The position numbers were made by a program, and so were the translations under genes. A stretch of DNA of 64,000 nt from Phoronis australis (Eukaryota; Animalia; Phoronida), in contig NMRA01000441.1 of assembly GCA_002633005.1 (NCBI GenBank), positions 318,809 through 382,808 on the forward strand. The letters are read 5' to 3'. Under the pieces are notes generated by a model. That model did no database searches. It was not told the origin of the DNA and was given only the letters and a program-made list of their open reading frames with translations. Shown here one piece after another: positions 14,201 to 28,206 of this stretch. The stretch's first letter is position 1. Each line of letters starts with the position of its first letter.

Positions 14201-17200
14201 GTCCACTGGCAATTCTTTCAACTGGAAAGAACTGCTGTAATTTTGCGTTTGATTACATTAACCGTTATTTGCCAGTCTGAAAAAGTCACCTGTTCCGGTT
14301 CAGAGATAGAGTCTAGCTGGTGTTGGAGTTCCTGCTCGCAGTTCCTAAGTCGGCTCGGGCTAATTTTGTGGCTTAGCTAGTAGAACCAAGTAGACGCATT
14401 GATTTCCATTAAGAATTTTCATCTTTATTGTTTTACTTTACTTGCCTTGTATGGAGATTACTTTCAGAGTGTTTTGTAATTTAATCTTGCCTAAATGTCA
14501 TGTAATACACCATGGTTTGTGTTTCGCCAAGAGATCTCAACTATCTGAGGTAGACGGCATGACGCATTCTAAAGACATTGAAATTGACGTCATGTTATTA
14601 TCCAGCAATGTACAGTTGTTAGTTTAATAATTGTCTTCTGCGCATTTCATGTAGCTACATCGGTTGACCTCAGTTATGGTGACAAGAAGGTTCACGTGAC
14701 TATGCTTCCAAACCCGTCTCATCTTGAGGTAAGCCTTTCAAATCTATGGAAACTCAAACCCATTTATGATTTGTTAGGAAGTGTTTTTTGACTTCTTTTT
14801 TAAGCAAAGTTGTGAATGTGATGATCTCCATAGAGATGATGTTACTGTAATTTTGTATCAAATCATATGTTTCTGATTCCTTCTGTGTTAGATTGTGTAA
14901 ATAAACTGCTTTTTGAAGACAAAACTTATCAAAAACATTATTGACTTTTTTGTCTATTCTGTCATTTCACAAAACAGTCTTGTGATGCTGGAAATTTAGG
15001 TTGAAAGTCATCAGTCATTTATTTAGCTCACTGTTCATTAAACAGCCTAGAGAAGAATTAGGCAAACGTTGGAAATGTGTCTTTGTCTTCAATTCTGTAA
15101 CAATGACAGTACTTTACAGACCTCACCAGTTTCACCGGATCAACCGACTAAGATATTTGATTGGTCTGTCTCAGAAGTCGTCGTCGAGAAGTAATCGGAT
15201 TTTTTAGCTAGTTGACCCGGCAGAATCGGCGAAGTCAATCACTTGCAGCAATTATTTTACAATTTCGTTTGGTGGTTATGGACTTCAATAGATATCAAAT
15301 CATGGTTAATCTGCGTCATTTCAGGCTAACAATCCCGTCAGTGTAGGGAAGGCAAGAGCAAGAGAACAGTCCCTCGGGGACGGAGATTACTCATCTGATG
15401 AGACTAGTCTACTTGGTGACAAGGTGTTGTGTCTACAGGTGCACGGAGATGCCTCGTTTGCCGCACAGGTGAGCCAAAATTGAGATCTCAACCAAATGCA
15501 ATCAGGAATAAAACCACTTCAGTGATGATGATTTGATTCATAATTCAACAATTAAGAATTCAAAACATGAACTCATTTCATCTTAAATTATGATTGAGTA
15601 AACTTGAAAGTAATTATCTAATTACTCTCTCTCTCTCTCAGCATGTTGTACTATACTTCGGAATAGGAACTAGACAGATGTTGTTTAGAAACCAAGTAAT
15701 CTCAAAACCACTAGGTGTCGCTGATTATTGGTAGAACTCTTTATTTCAAAATCCTAATGGTGGGAATTGAAATTAGAAAGTGAATTATTACACAAGTCAG
15801 CAACTTACAGTGACAGCATATTGTAAATAATAAAATGGGTTACATGATGCTGCAGGGTGTGGTTGCCGAGACCTTTGCCCTGGCTGACGTTCCTCATTTC
15901 TCTGTGGGTGGTAGCGTGCACTTTGTCGTCAACAACCAGTTGGGCTTCACCACCGAGGCCACCAGAGGGCGATCTTCCCTCTACTCTAGCTGTATTGGCA
16001 AGATGAATGCCTGCCCTGTAATTCATGTGAATGCTGACTTCCCAGAGGTTTGTGCTAAAATTTGGAATAAGTCTTTCTTCAGTCGTGTTTTATTATACTT
16101 CCACTGAAAATAAAATTACAAAAAATATGTAATGTATCTATACCATAAATAGTACACAAAAACTGGAATTGCCGTCAGTTAAATTTGTTACTTCTCTAGT
16201 CACCATCAGTGTGTGTATAATGTGCTTGACTTGATACATTTTACTTGAAATTCAGAAAGGAATTTATTCATTTGTAAAAATGATTTTGTGTTTGTCAATA
16301 TATTGTTGTTGATATTATGTGCATATCTTATTAATATTTATCGCATTACCCACCTGTAGAAGTGAGAGTTAGCAAAAAATTTTTTAGGGACAAACTTACT
16401 TTGATTTTTTATTTACTGGAAAATCCATTGCAACTAAACACTATCAGTTAACTTCTCCAGGCTCTATGCTGTGTGTTTGTTTGGACTGTTTGCCTTATTC
16501 CCAAAGGAAATCATCAAAGCCACTCGACTTGCCATTGAATATCGTCAAAAGTTCCGTCGTGACGTGGTTGTCGACCTAATCTGCTTCCGCCGCTGGGGTC
16601 ACAATGAAGTTGACGACCCCGATTTCACCCAGCCAATCATGTATGAGACGATCAAGTCAAGGCGAAGCTTGCCCGACCTCTACTCTGAGAATGTTCTGGT
16701 GCGACGTTGTTTAGCTCACATATCTTGACTTGTTATGTGTCCACATATTTATATGAGGTCACATATTGCTGTCATCTCTGTATGGCATCCGTGGTTTTAT
16801 CTCCCAAACTCTTTGCCGGATTATAGTAAAATTTTGAGAGAATAAGTTTGCCTCTGTATTTTTGGAGTATTTTCAACATATTTTTTTTGAAATTTGACAA
16901 ATTGGTATCTGTAAGAGAGACAAATACTGTTTCCCGTTTTCGGATGGATACGAGACATTTTGTGCCACCTGGTGGCCATTTTCACTATTTTTGAGTCTGT
17001 TTTTGGCATCTTGCCTCTTTATCAACAAAACTCTTCTAAGATTGTTATGAAAATTGGAATCATGATGATAGGTGGCAGAAGTGTTCCTGTTGAGGAGAGT
17101 GTCGCTGACATGTTTTGTGCTCCCTCGAAATTATATCTAGTTTATTATTATTGCTCCCTCTACTGGGAATGTTAGAAAGTTATATTAAGTTTATTATTAT

Positions 17201-20200
17201 TGCTCCCTCTAGTGGGAATGTTTAGAACAATGATCATTCCTTATGACTGCTGTATGTGATGCACACTGTGTGAGATCTGCTCTCCGAATTGCTCTTACTA
17301 ATATGTTTATGTAGCTTGGACATAATTTTAATGCAGTTACTTCAAAGTTTCTTTAGTACAGTGAGAAGCACTTTAAGATAAAGTTCTTGGTCATTGAAAC
17401 TATCCTGCAATTTAGTGACAGATTGGGAAGACACAAATTTTGTTGCAGGAGATAGATGCAGTCTGTAACCCTGACGTCATTCTCAACGATACTCAAGAGT
17501 GGCAGGAAGAGCTGTCAGAACAGTTAAAGATTGATTCTTACGTGCCTCATGTGAGTTGTTCACCTGCCTTGCAGTAGTTAACCTGTTGTCAATGTTGTTC
17601 ACATTGACATTAGGTTTAAGTTCATTGATTTTTATGTGCCTCACGTGAGTTGCTCACAGCCTTGCAGTAACTTAGTCTCTGGTACACTGTAACTTGAGCA
17701 GGACACAACAATTTGTCAATTTAAGCCTCGATAAATGTCACTTTTTATGCTTCGTTGCTATCAATGTATGATTGAGGGTCTGGGAATACCATTAAAGTCC
17801 ATACTTTCCAAGATCATACTAGCGAAATGCTGTAAATTTAATTTATTTGACCTCGCGACCTCAAACTCCATTTCTGCAACCCCTGATCCACCTCAATGTG
17901 ATTAACTTCTAGAACACCTTGCATTATACACTGCAGCTGTTTCATGTTAACAAGTGTTGTGAAATTGTATGCTTAATTATCAGAAACCAGTCAGAACCTA
18001 AGATGGAAAATTAAGTTAAGTTATGTGTGCTTTTCAAACAAAATGGCTAGTTTTTCAGGCCCTCCGTAGCCCTCTAAGGAACAGTGATATTGAGGATGGA
18101 AACTTTTGAGCTTCTCTGAAGTCATGTAGCTGGTTAACTCAGCACTACCATTCAATAAAGTCTACAAAATGGCATTTCTTGGTTGTTTTTCTTATGTTTG
18201 ATATATAGCTTGAGTGGTTCGCCCTTACCGTCTGATATATTGTACAGGGTAGTTAGAGTGGTTCACTTCAACCATTTGATTCTAGATGTAAATTTGTGTT
18301 TCTTTGTTCTTGCATTCATTGTTAATGAATTGGTTTCTTTAACTTAGGCCAACCATCTTGAGAAGCAGTGGTCAGGCTATGTCCAAGCACCCAGCTCTGC
18401 GGTTAGTTGGGATACTGGTGTCAACTTGGATGTATTGAAATTTGTTGGGGCAAAGTCTGTTGACCACCCTGAAGACATGGTGAGTCTTTCTGTAGCTTAG
18501 TTAACTTATTTAATTGGTTACTGATGTGCAGGTATAGTTGTAAACTTGGTGATATCAATCTTGGTGGTATCAATCTTGAGCAGCAGTGAGTATTTTGTAG
18601 TATGATGTATTGAATTATTAAAAGCTTTTCTGAATGGTGCATATGTCACCCTACCCAACCCTTTTATTCATGTCTGTACTTAACCATGTTTCTGTGATTT
18701 TATCCAAATTTGGTCCTGTTGCCTGTTGTTGTGCAATTAGTACTTCCCCTGGAAGGATAAAATCATAGTTCATCTAAAACTCTGTCCTTGTGTCACAAAG
18801 TGGAGTTAGTGGTTCAAGACGTGTTGCTTCTCTCCACAGTTGTACATAAACTGATCCGAAGCACGAGTCGCTCTTGCTGTTTTAGCAAAGATAGTTCATG
18901 AGGAATTGCTAAACTTAAATTGAGGGTTGGGGATGGTCTTCAGGTCATTGTTTTGTTTCAAACATTGTTAAATTAGCGTTAATTTCCTTGATATCCATTT
19001 ATAGTCAAAATCCGAGATTAGTATTTTAACAGCTGTCTATAGATAATATTTCCCAGTTCAAAATGTTATGTATGCGAAACTCTTGGTCTTAAAGTCCCTT
19101 GAAGCGGATTAGGTCAAGCCAAAGCAGCAAAGTTCAAACTCGAATTAATCTAGTGACTCTGAATTTTTTCATTGAACCAATCAGTGAACTCCATTTGATC
19201 TGCGTTATTAATATGTGTAACCAGGGACTGTAACTTGCCATATTAAAATACCAAAACAAAGGTTGTTTTTTTAAAGATGGCACTCGCTTATGCCTTTAAT
19301 GTCCACTGCAAAAAATGCATTTCATCTTTGCTGATTAGAATCATCTTTTTGCAGCATATACACCCCCTGTTGGCCAAAAGCACAGCTCCACAATTAATAT
19401 AAAAAAATAATTGCAGGCGGTCTGATACACATTGTACCAGACGTGTGCAGGCCTCGCATGTGGGCCCATTGCACTGATCACCTGGAAATATTTTTATGCT
19501 TTATTAATATATGGTTAAAACCGAGCTGAGGAGCTAGAAACCTGGCTCAAAGGTTTAGCAGTGTGACCTGGTGGGACTCGAACCCACGACCTCGAGTAGA
19601 GAAAGCATGCACTTATCAACCAGGCCACACAGCCTCCTCTTTGACTCCACAATTAACAGAAGGCTTTAATTTCCATTGCAAAAATGTAATTTATTTGCAG
19701 CACATACACCCCCTGTTGGCCAAAACCCACTGCGCCCGTCGGCTGACACAGTTAACGGAGGGAGAAGGTCTAGACTGGGCCACAGCTGAAGCACTGGCTA
19801 TGGGCTCTCTTCTTTATCAAGGTTTGTTATTAATACCATTATGTCAATAATTTCTGAGTCATCCTGTGGTACCTTTATTCATGTTATGCTTAATTAATAC
19901 TTTGAGGTTTTCTGAGCCTGGATCTCATGTTTCTAAGCTGTGGATCCATCTTGTGTTTGGTCATGGAATTAACCCCCTTCCATTCAAGAGATGGCCATTT
20001 TTTCATTGTCATTGGCAGGTTATAATGTGCGACTAAGCGGACAGGATGTGGGCCGCGGCACGTTCAGCCACCGTCATGTGATGTTGGTGGACCAGAAGAG
20101 TGATGAGATGTACATTCCACTCAATCACATGACAGAGGACCAGCGGTACAGTCTGGAGGTGAGTCAACACGTAGCGTTCACTGGACCTGATTTATGCGGG

Positions 20201-23200
20201 ACATGTAGTCGGTGTTTACCCTAATCTTCTGAATACCAGTGGATCCGCCTTACAAAGTTTTCGTGATCCATTTCAATTTCTTGGGGTCTGTGAAAGCGGA
20301 GCAGAAATCATTACACTAGCATTGACTGATGTACAGTGTAAATGCTGGGAATAACGAAGCGACTCTTGTGGTTCTTTTATCAACTGAAAATTGATAATTC
20401 GTGAAATGAAATTGTTGATTTTTGTTTCTTTGGTTATGAATGTTACATGCAGCGTTTCAAAATTAGGTCCAAGGTGACACCCTCTTAAACTTAATTGCGT
20501 CTTTTTGGGTCAAATGACACAGAATTGTAGCTTCGGGTGAACGCTGTACGGCCATTTCTGACCCAAACTGTCCTTGAAGTTTGCATCTTCTTACACTGGA
20601 TTGCAGACAATGGCAAATAATCTGGATCTACACTATCCATGCATGTCTTCTTGAAATCAGTAGTGTTCTGAAAATGACTTTGAATTATCAGCAGTTAAGA
20701 AACTGTGTCCTCTAACATTGCCTTCCTTTGATTTTCATTTGCTAACAATTGGATGGCACCATCTTAAAATACTGGACAGGTCTGCTCTTTTCATGCAGTA
20801 TTCGTCTACAGTCACTAGTTTGTATCCAAATGATTTCAGCTGTCATGATTTTAACATCAGTAAAGCTTTATGCAGCATGTAATGCATTTTTGTTGATAAT
20901 ACTTCACAGGTTGCCAACAGCATTTTGTCTGAAGAATCAGTGCTGGGCTTTGAGTACGGTTTCAGCATCGAGAACCCCCGTAACCTCGTTATTTGGGAGG
21001 CACAGTTCGGCGACTTCTTCAATGGAGCGCAACCCATCATTGACACTTACATAACAGCAGGAGAGTGTGAGTCATGAATATTAGTTCAAAAGTGCTTCAG
21101 TGTGACTTTCAACTCGTATCTAAGTGTATTTATGTCTTACCATACTAACTAGCGCGTTATGTCTTTCATACAGCATGTCATGTTTAAGCGACTGAGTGTC
21201 TAAAACTTTCGTCCATTTTTATCATTTAGTGGATTTGCTATAAAGGAATCGCGTCTTTGTTTGAATTTGATTACATTTAGTGAACAACTACATATCGCCA
21301 TCTGGCTTACTGAACACCGAAAACAGGCGCCTGCAAACCAACAGTCCACACAAGTCTTACACCTGACAATATAAACTTGGCATGAGTTGTATTTCAAACA
21401 AAGGGATATTTCTGTCTTAGTGGTTGCTGTATCAGCTAGTGTTGTGGCGGTAGACTCTTTTCACATGCACCAGTTGCTGTCAGCAGGTTGAGCAGAATAT
21501 CACATTAGAAATGTCACAAGGTGGTTTTGCTTGCGTATTGGTTATAGTTCATGAAAAGTGAGTCTTTTCTGCGTACAAATTGGTCAGAATCAAATTATAA
21601 ATTCCATTAGACATTCATGCCATGGGTTGGTTAATATTTCTGCCGTGGGTTGGTGAACATTCCTGCTATGGTTTGTCAACATTCATGCCATGGGTTGGTC
21701 AAAATCAAATGAGAAATATTGTTTGCCATGAGTTTGTTACAAAGGGTTGGGAATTTGTTGCGGGCACAGTGTTGTTGATTTTGCAAACACGTCTTTGCAC
21801 TTGATTAGTATTGTTGTGTGTATGACATTTAACTTTGCAATCATGATCTCATTGTAGCTAAATGGCTGCTGCAAAGTGGTCTGGTGATGCTACTGCCAAC
21901 AGGGATGGATGGTGCCGGGCCAGAACATTCCTCTTGTAGGATAGAACGCTTTCTGCAGGTGAGACTGAGGTGTATGGTTGAGGGATGTACATTGTGTTTT
22001 ATTGTTCAAAAGGTGAATAATCTGATGACCTAGCCAGCTCTAACAAAAGACTGGTTGTGAATAAATCGCCAGAGGTTTATTATTTGACTATCCTCAACCC
22101 CCTTACTGCGGTATCAGTCCCAGGGAACCAAGTAAGTGGTCGGTGATGCTAGTCTTTTCATGTGGATCCTTTTATTGCAGCAATGCGACAGTAAAGAAGA
22201 CGCTGCTGACGGTGAGGATGTCAATGTTCACATTGTTCATCCAACCACGCCAGCTCAGTACTTCCATCTTCTCAGGAGACAGGTATTTCAGAAGTATAAC
22301 GCCGTTAAGTGCATCGTAAAGTTGGGTCACAAGGGATTGGCTGGTTGTCATTTGCACATACCATTTTGAATTCTGTGCATTACGTATGCAGAAAAATGCT
22401 CATAGACATAAAACTAGACTATGATTTCTGCTGAAATTCCAATTGGCAATGCAAAATGACATTATGAATAGTTTTAGACAAAAAATATTAAGCACTTGAT
22501 ATTTTCTAGTGAAGCTGTTTTGATATGTTTTCCTACTGTAGCCGTGATATTCTTTCTTCATTTCAACTGCTGCTTCTTCTTGTAATTACGATAGATTTTG
22601 TACATCCGTTTTCCACTTAATAAGTGTTTAAGCTTCTGGCTTTGCTTTGATTCTTGATTTATTGACATTACGTCATTCAGAACTATTCGGTATTGGTCAA
22701 GAAATAATTCATGCAATGCTTTTGTTGTACTTGGTGGATTCTCTTGATTATGCCGAGTTATTGTCATTTTCCACTTGATCTAAACAAGAGATATAATGTT
22801 TTTGTTTTTGTATTCAGATGGTTAGAAACTTCCGTAAGCCATTAGTAGTAGCATCTCCCAAAGTGCTGCTTCGACTTCCGGCTGCGCAGTCATCACTGAG
22901 TGAAATGGCTCCTGGAACTACTTTCTTACCCGTCATTGGTGACCCTGATGTCAACCCTGATGATGTCACCAGAGTTATCTTCTGCTCTGGAAAACACTTC
23001 TATGCACTTCACAAACAACGAGCTGCTGAAGGTGTGAAAGACACAGCTATAATTAGACTCGAGGTTTGTAAATCCTTTTGGTTTTTCTTGTCTGCACTTC
23101 TGGGTTTGGTTGCGTAAACTTTGAAACTTATCCGCTGGATAAGTTTGATGGTTGTATGATGTCAAATGCGTTGTTCAGCAATAACAGGGCGACGCGTGAT

Positions 23201-24006
23201 GGCACTTCATTGCTAGTGTATAAGTATTATGCAACCAGACCCCGTATTGTTGTATATTATGTTTCGTTGTTTATAGGAAAGTCAGTTTTATGGGTTTAGC
23301 ATACACTTTAGAGAGGGATAAACTTGCAGTTTTCTGCAGACAGACTACTTTTGACACCATAAAACGTTAATGCATAAAGACTGTGTTCATTGATTTATTT
23401 AGATTGATTGATCATAACAATTATAATAATAACAATAATAATAATCTTATGCTAACAAAAACATAAAACTGTCGATGCATAAAAAACATAGGATGAAAAT
23501 GATATGCAGACAACTATACTCTGCTGTCGTGAAAGGAGTCCTATGTTGTTGCGACAAACGTTATGACCTCAAGAAAGAAAACTGTCTGGCAGTTTCTAAC
23601 GTACATACAGTACAAGCCAAAAGTACTCAGACAACGTTACCCGATGCCCAGTTCACCATCAGAGTGATTTTCTCTCGTGATTGAAGAGGAATTACCAGGA
23701 AATTAGTAATGTGTCTAAACCATTCTGTAATTAAGAGGTTTGTTCTATTAATGGTTATTACCAGACGAGTCATTTTTTTCGCTAAACAGAATTAGATGCC
23801 ATGAGAGGAAAAGGGTATTTTGTGCGATTACTTTTGTCTTGTATTTTAGGCCAGTCCAACTGAAAGATACACATCGTCATATCAATAATCAATGTGTACT
23901 TGCCGTGTGCAAAACAACCACGTTTAGTCTTGTGTTCATCAATAAATATCTGAAGTTCTGCAATTCCGATGCAGTAATTGAGACAAGTACAACACATGCA
24001 CGCACG

Positions 24007-24051
<45 letters not shown>

Positions 24052-25577
24052 TTACCAGTTTAAAGAGATGACAGTAAATGATGAATATACTGAAAAACTG
24101 AAAAAGGAAGTGGGAGGGTTCTATTAATCTTGTAGGATGGAATTAGGATCGAAACAAAGGTCGGAACTGGTCATAACCAGGTCACATTGACACGCTATGT
24201 AGTATTACTCATAGAATACTTCATTTTTTGGTTAAATCTATAGATTTTGGCCGCTCTACGTTGCTGCTTTTTGGTACATACACCACAAAATTTGATGACC
24301 TTGCGAAAAGTATCTTCCTTTTGGGGGACACTTTTACTTGAAACTTTTCAAAGAAACAGAAAGAAATATTGTGCTTAGGAATGTTCCAAGCAAACATGGA
24401 ACCGAAAGCTTGTATTGATAACTGGCCTGAAATGAAGTTCTAGAAGCAACAATGAAATGAAAAGCATGCAGTCAAAACTGACCTTAAATTTTTACTAATA
24501 ACTTACTTGTGTCGCCCCACAAATGCACCTCAGTAGCAAAGGTCGAAGCGCATCAGAATCCATCATAAGTGGATGATAAATGCAATGACAAAGCTCAATG
24601 ACAAAATCAAGCTTACGTTAAACTCATGTTTTGTGACTGTAGTAGTTGGAGAGACGGCAGAATATGTCTCCTTTATGTTTCACTCTTCATCTGTCGCATT
24701 TGCAGTCACTTTGTCCATTCCCCTTGCAAGAGCTGCAGACAGAGATGAAAAGGTTCCCTAAAGCTAACAAGTTCATCTGGAGTCAAGAGGAACACCAGAA
24801 TTATGGACCGTGGTCGTTTGTGAACCCGCGATTTGAAAACTTGCTGGGATGCAAAGTAAGTGTCTATTTTGTAAATGTCAAAAAAAAATGTGATGGTGTC
24901 AACTTCAAAGTAAGCTAAAATAAGTCACAATGAAGTGAAATGACACCCGTGAGTAACTTGCCTTATTTTGACATGTATTTTTATTCCAAACTTTCTATTT
25001 CTCTAAATGCAGGCAGTCATGTAAATGCGGCACAGGTTTTTAACAGCTCAGGGACCGTTCCAAGAAAACTGACTTTGCTAAGACAAATCTTACATTTCAA
25101 TCAGTTTTAAGATTAACTTTTTATAAATTTGCCTCAAACCCATTTCAAGAAAGAGATCATAAGTTTGACTTTAGTTCTTGACTTAAGTTTTGTATTATCT
25201 TTGACTGTCTTACTGGATTCAGAAGTTTCAAAGTTTGGAAGTTGAGACAAATCCTGAACTTAACATGTTAGTATCTTGGAACGGGCCCCAAGTAGGTAAT
25301 TACTTTGAGACTTGATTGATTGATTACCTTTACAAAATGTGTAGCGATAAATGCCAGCCTTAGCATCCTGCTAAGAACACTGATGAAATGACAATTTTGT
25401 TTGCAGGGTGGTTTTGTTTTTTGGTGGTGATTGTGGATGACAACTTATCTTTGACATTGATGATTTTTTCAGCTGAATTATGTCGGACGCCGAGTTCTTG
25501 GTATGCCTGCAGTTGGAGTTGGACAAGTTCACCAACAGGAGGCATCAGATGTTGTGGCTAAGCCATTCGTATCGTGA
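5278..25577 (+). CDS. DHTKD1: 2-oxoadipate dehydrogenase complex E1 component (DHTKD1), mitochondrial, ~929 aa, 21 exons
   Basis: Phase-compatible GT-AG exons: 5278-5428, 7839-7956, 9018-9198, 11380-11487, 12242-12353, 12908-13005, 14070-14133, 14655-14728, 15325-15468, 15856-16047, 16507-16698, 17449-17550, 18348-18479, 19701-19821, 20019-20158, 20910-21066, 21858-21958, 22181-22282, 22818-23063, 24706-24855, 25473-25577 (sum 2790 nt, ends TGA). Motifs: [131 protein letters not shown]. Short Arg-rich N-terminus fits a mitochondrial presequence and DHTKD1 rather than OGDH. Confidence 0.96.
9486..10565 (-). mobile_element. Penelope-like retroelement relic (RT C-terminus + GIY-YIG endonuclease), frameshifted, in DHTKD1 intron 3
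   Basis: Minus-strand peptides [26 protein letters not shown] (PLE RT C-terminal region) and [38 protein letters not shown] (PLE GIY-YIG tail). Ends form a ~35-bp inverted repeat (9486-9521 vs 10530-10565). Confidence 0.8.
10620..10731. repeat. 18-bp minisatellite (TGTGTGTGGGACAAGAAT), ~6 copies
   Basis: Tandem copies read directly; explains the CVWDKN-repeat ORF at 10642-10839. Confidence 0.92.
16795..17142 (+). mobile_element. Possible short non-autonomous Helitron/HINE-like element in DHTKD1 intron 11
   Basis: Starts in a T-run, ends ...ATATCTAGTT (CTAG terminus), and is followed by a local duplication (TTTATTATTATTGCTCCCTCTA x2). Assignment is by resemblance only. Confidence 0.3.
19398..19644 (-). 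mobile_element. tRNA-derived SINE, copy 2 (DHTKD1 intron 13)
   Basis: Reverse complement shows an A-box-like TGGCCTGTTGATAAG, B-box GGTTCGAGTCCC and the same body as 186-398. 12-bp TSD CTCCACAATTAA at 19386-19397 and 19645-19656. Confidence 0.87.
23992..24051. repeat. (CA)n / (CGCA)n microsatellite
   Basis: Read directly. Confidence 0.95.
25051..25289. mobile_element. Small MITE with ~30-bp imperfect TIRs
   Basis: GGGACCGTTCCAAGAAAACTGACTTTGCTAAG ... CTTAACATGTTAGTATCTTGGAACGGGCCC are reverse-complementary; no coding capacity. Confidence 0.55.
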
Positions 25578-28206
25578 TTAATCTAATGATAACTACAGTA
25601 AAACTTCCCAATTGAGGTAGCAGTATTATAGATATGTTTATGTTTCCAAATCTTTTTGCATAAGTTTAGTAGCACAAAATGAATGATTTATATACTCTAA
25701 CTAGTCGGATAATGTTTAATAAGTTGTTGGCATTCTATACAGTGCCACACATTGTTTGTCAAAATACTCGTCAATCTGTCAGTTATATAAAATAGACTTG
25801 TTTTGTTCATCGTATTGGGACCACAATTCAAAGCGATTTACACTTCTCATTTTATCTCAGATTTTGCTTCACATGATTTGCCAAGTCGATGATGAAGAAA
25901 TGTAATTTCATTCATCCACGAAATGTTGTGACTTATTGCAAGCCATTTGAACATGCCACTGGACAGCAGCAATATTTGACGGCATGGTGGCCACAGATAT
26001 ATTTGGAGGACTTAAAATTACGCTAAATATGCAGCCTCGTCACATGTGGGTTGGTGTCAATGAATGTTTGTCAAACAAAAAGTTGTTGCCATCTAGCAGT
26101 GCCCAAGAAAATGTTAGTGTTTAGGTTAATGGTGTTTGGAAAAATGATATTGTGGCCAGTGATTCTCTCTCACATGTAGATTAGACATTGTCAAACAGCG
26201 AGTGTTTATTGTTTCTTGAGCTGCACAAAGGTGGCGTGTTACTAGTTGTCTACCATCAGGATCTAGAGTCGAGCCTGCGCATTGTACTTTTTATGTCTTT
26301 ACTTATATTGGCAATTTATCGTGGTCTGAACCTTTCGTGATATTCACTTCTTGATCATGGTCAATTTACAAAATTTTGTTTCTCTGTGTATTGCCATTGT
26401 GGAAATGACAGAGCATTTCCGTAGATTAAATTAACATGTCCTGTTAGTTAGTTTGCATTCTGCATTCAAGTCTCACATTTGAAACGCGCACCAATTTGGT
26501 AATCTCAGTAATGTAATAATTTCAACTCACTTTCATTACTCGTTGTTGCACAATGTTTAAATTGGGAGTTGAACTTTTTATTTTTACAGTTCACTATAAT
26601 TGATATTATTGCCAGTGAATCAATTTAGGTATACTTGTAGTCTTGTACTAGGCATTTTTGCTTCATGACAATGTATATAAAGCAGCTTTACTTTGTTGTA
26701 TTAAGGACAGCTTTAGTAATGTGACCATAACCTCGGGACATCCCATTTCTCAATGTATTGTCATTTTGATTTGATTGCGTGATGCTACAAAACTCTTAGA
26801 CTAGTTGTGAAAAAAGGCAAGTCAAGGTTGTGTAGGACCTTAGAAATGTGTTCCATTTTTGTCAACTTCGGAACATCTCATCTCAGAAATGCTGATTGTA
26901 TTGTCATTAAACTTTCAGAAAAATGTTTCATTTTGCGTGAGAGGCTATCAAAAATAAGTAGGATTTATACGACTTCTATGAATTTTTTATATTTGCAAAA
27001 AAACGAAATCGAAACAATTTAGAAAACTGTAACAGCATTTTTGAGTTTTTATCTTGAACATTACGTAATTTGGTCAAAGTTATTGATCCTGTTGTTTTGC
27101 TAAGAATGTACGTTTCTTTTTTGCTAAACTTTCCTAAAAAGCAAGATCATCCATGACCTAATGAGTGGCAGGTTGGTATGAAGTCAAAAATAAAATTCTA
27201 CTGAATTTCTAATTTCAGACAATACATTTCTTTTGTGGAGTTAAATTCTCTAGTTTCATAGATATTCAGCTAAGTGTACAGACCCGTCGAAAAGATCCCA
27301 CATAACCCCGCCACTTCTCGTTTTCTAGCGTGGTTTTACTGTGATCGGAATGGAGTTCAGGTTTAATTCTCACTTCATGAACCATTTCATCGGTCTTTAA
27401 AGAGGTCCTCATTTTACCCACTGAAGCAGTGCTCAATATAGCTTTAAGGTGACAAGTTGCCCGTGTTCACTTTGCGGAATCCAGCGCATGCTGATTTTAT
27501 ATGCTCATTTTGAGAAATGTTTATATTGTCTCAGCTTATTAGGTGATCAAGAGGAAGTAAAGGGCTTAATGATTAAGTACCAGGTGTTTTAACGGATCTA
27601 CGAGTCAACAAGTGGCCAGTGTTTTTTCTAGAGGTATCTGTTTTTTATTGTATTTTTACTGATTAGTATGTCTTATCCGATGGTTGCTTTGTTGTATTGT
27701 GTTGATACAAGTAGTCATATAGCTCACATTTAATCTTGACTATGGCAATGTTAAATGTCTGTACATTTACATTGAGGGGTATATTTTAAGACCAAATGCT
27801 GTGCCATTTGCAAACTGCAACTCAATTCATTTATTTTGAAATTGCTTACATTATTATAACCAAGATTTGTACTATGGTATGACAACTCACTTCTGGTCCA
27901 AAAAGTTGAAGAAGTATACTCATCCTTTCTGTTGAGGTACACGGAGAAACAGCTGTTATGGTGTCTTTTGTCCTTGAATAAAATTTTGAGCTCAGGCAGT
28001 TGTTTCACGTTTAGATTATAATACAGAAAAGGTTAATAAAAAATTGATTTGTTTTAGGCAGTCATCAGAAGTTCAGTAATTGTAATTCTTCACGGATTTA
28101 GCACACAATATGGCGGACAAGTGGAATGTCTTTTTGTCAATTTTCTCTACAAAAGTAAAGAACATTTATAAGATGATTTGTACTGCGTAGATGTCATAAA
28201 ACAATA

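Noticed and set aside
5278-25577. Calling this gene OGDH
   Set aside because: Length (~929 aa), GVYGFRPR N-terminus, [24 protein letters not shown] and [10 protein letters not shown]-terminus fit DHTKD1 better.
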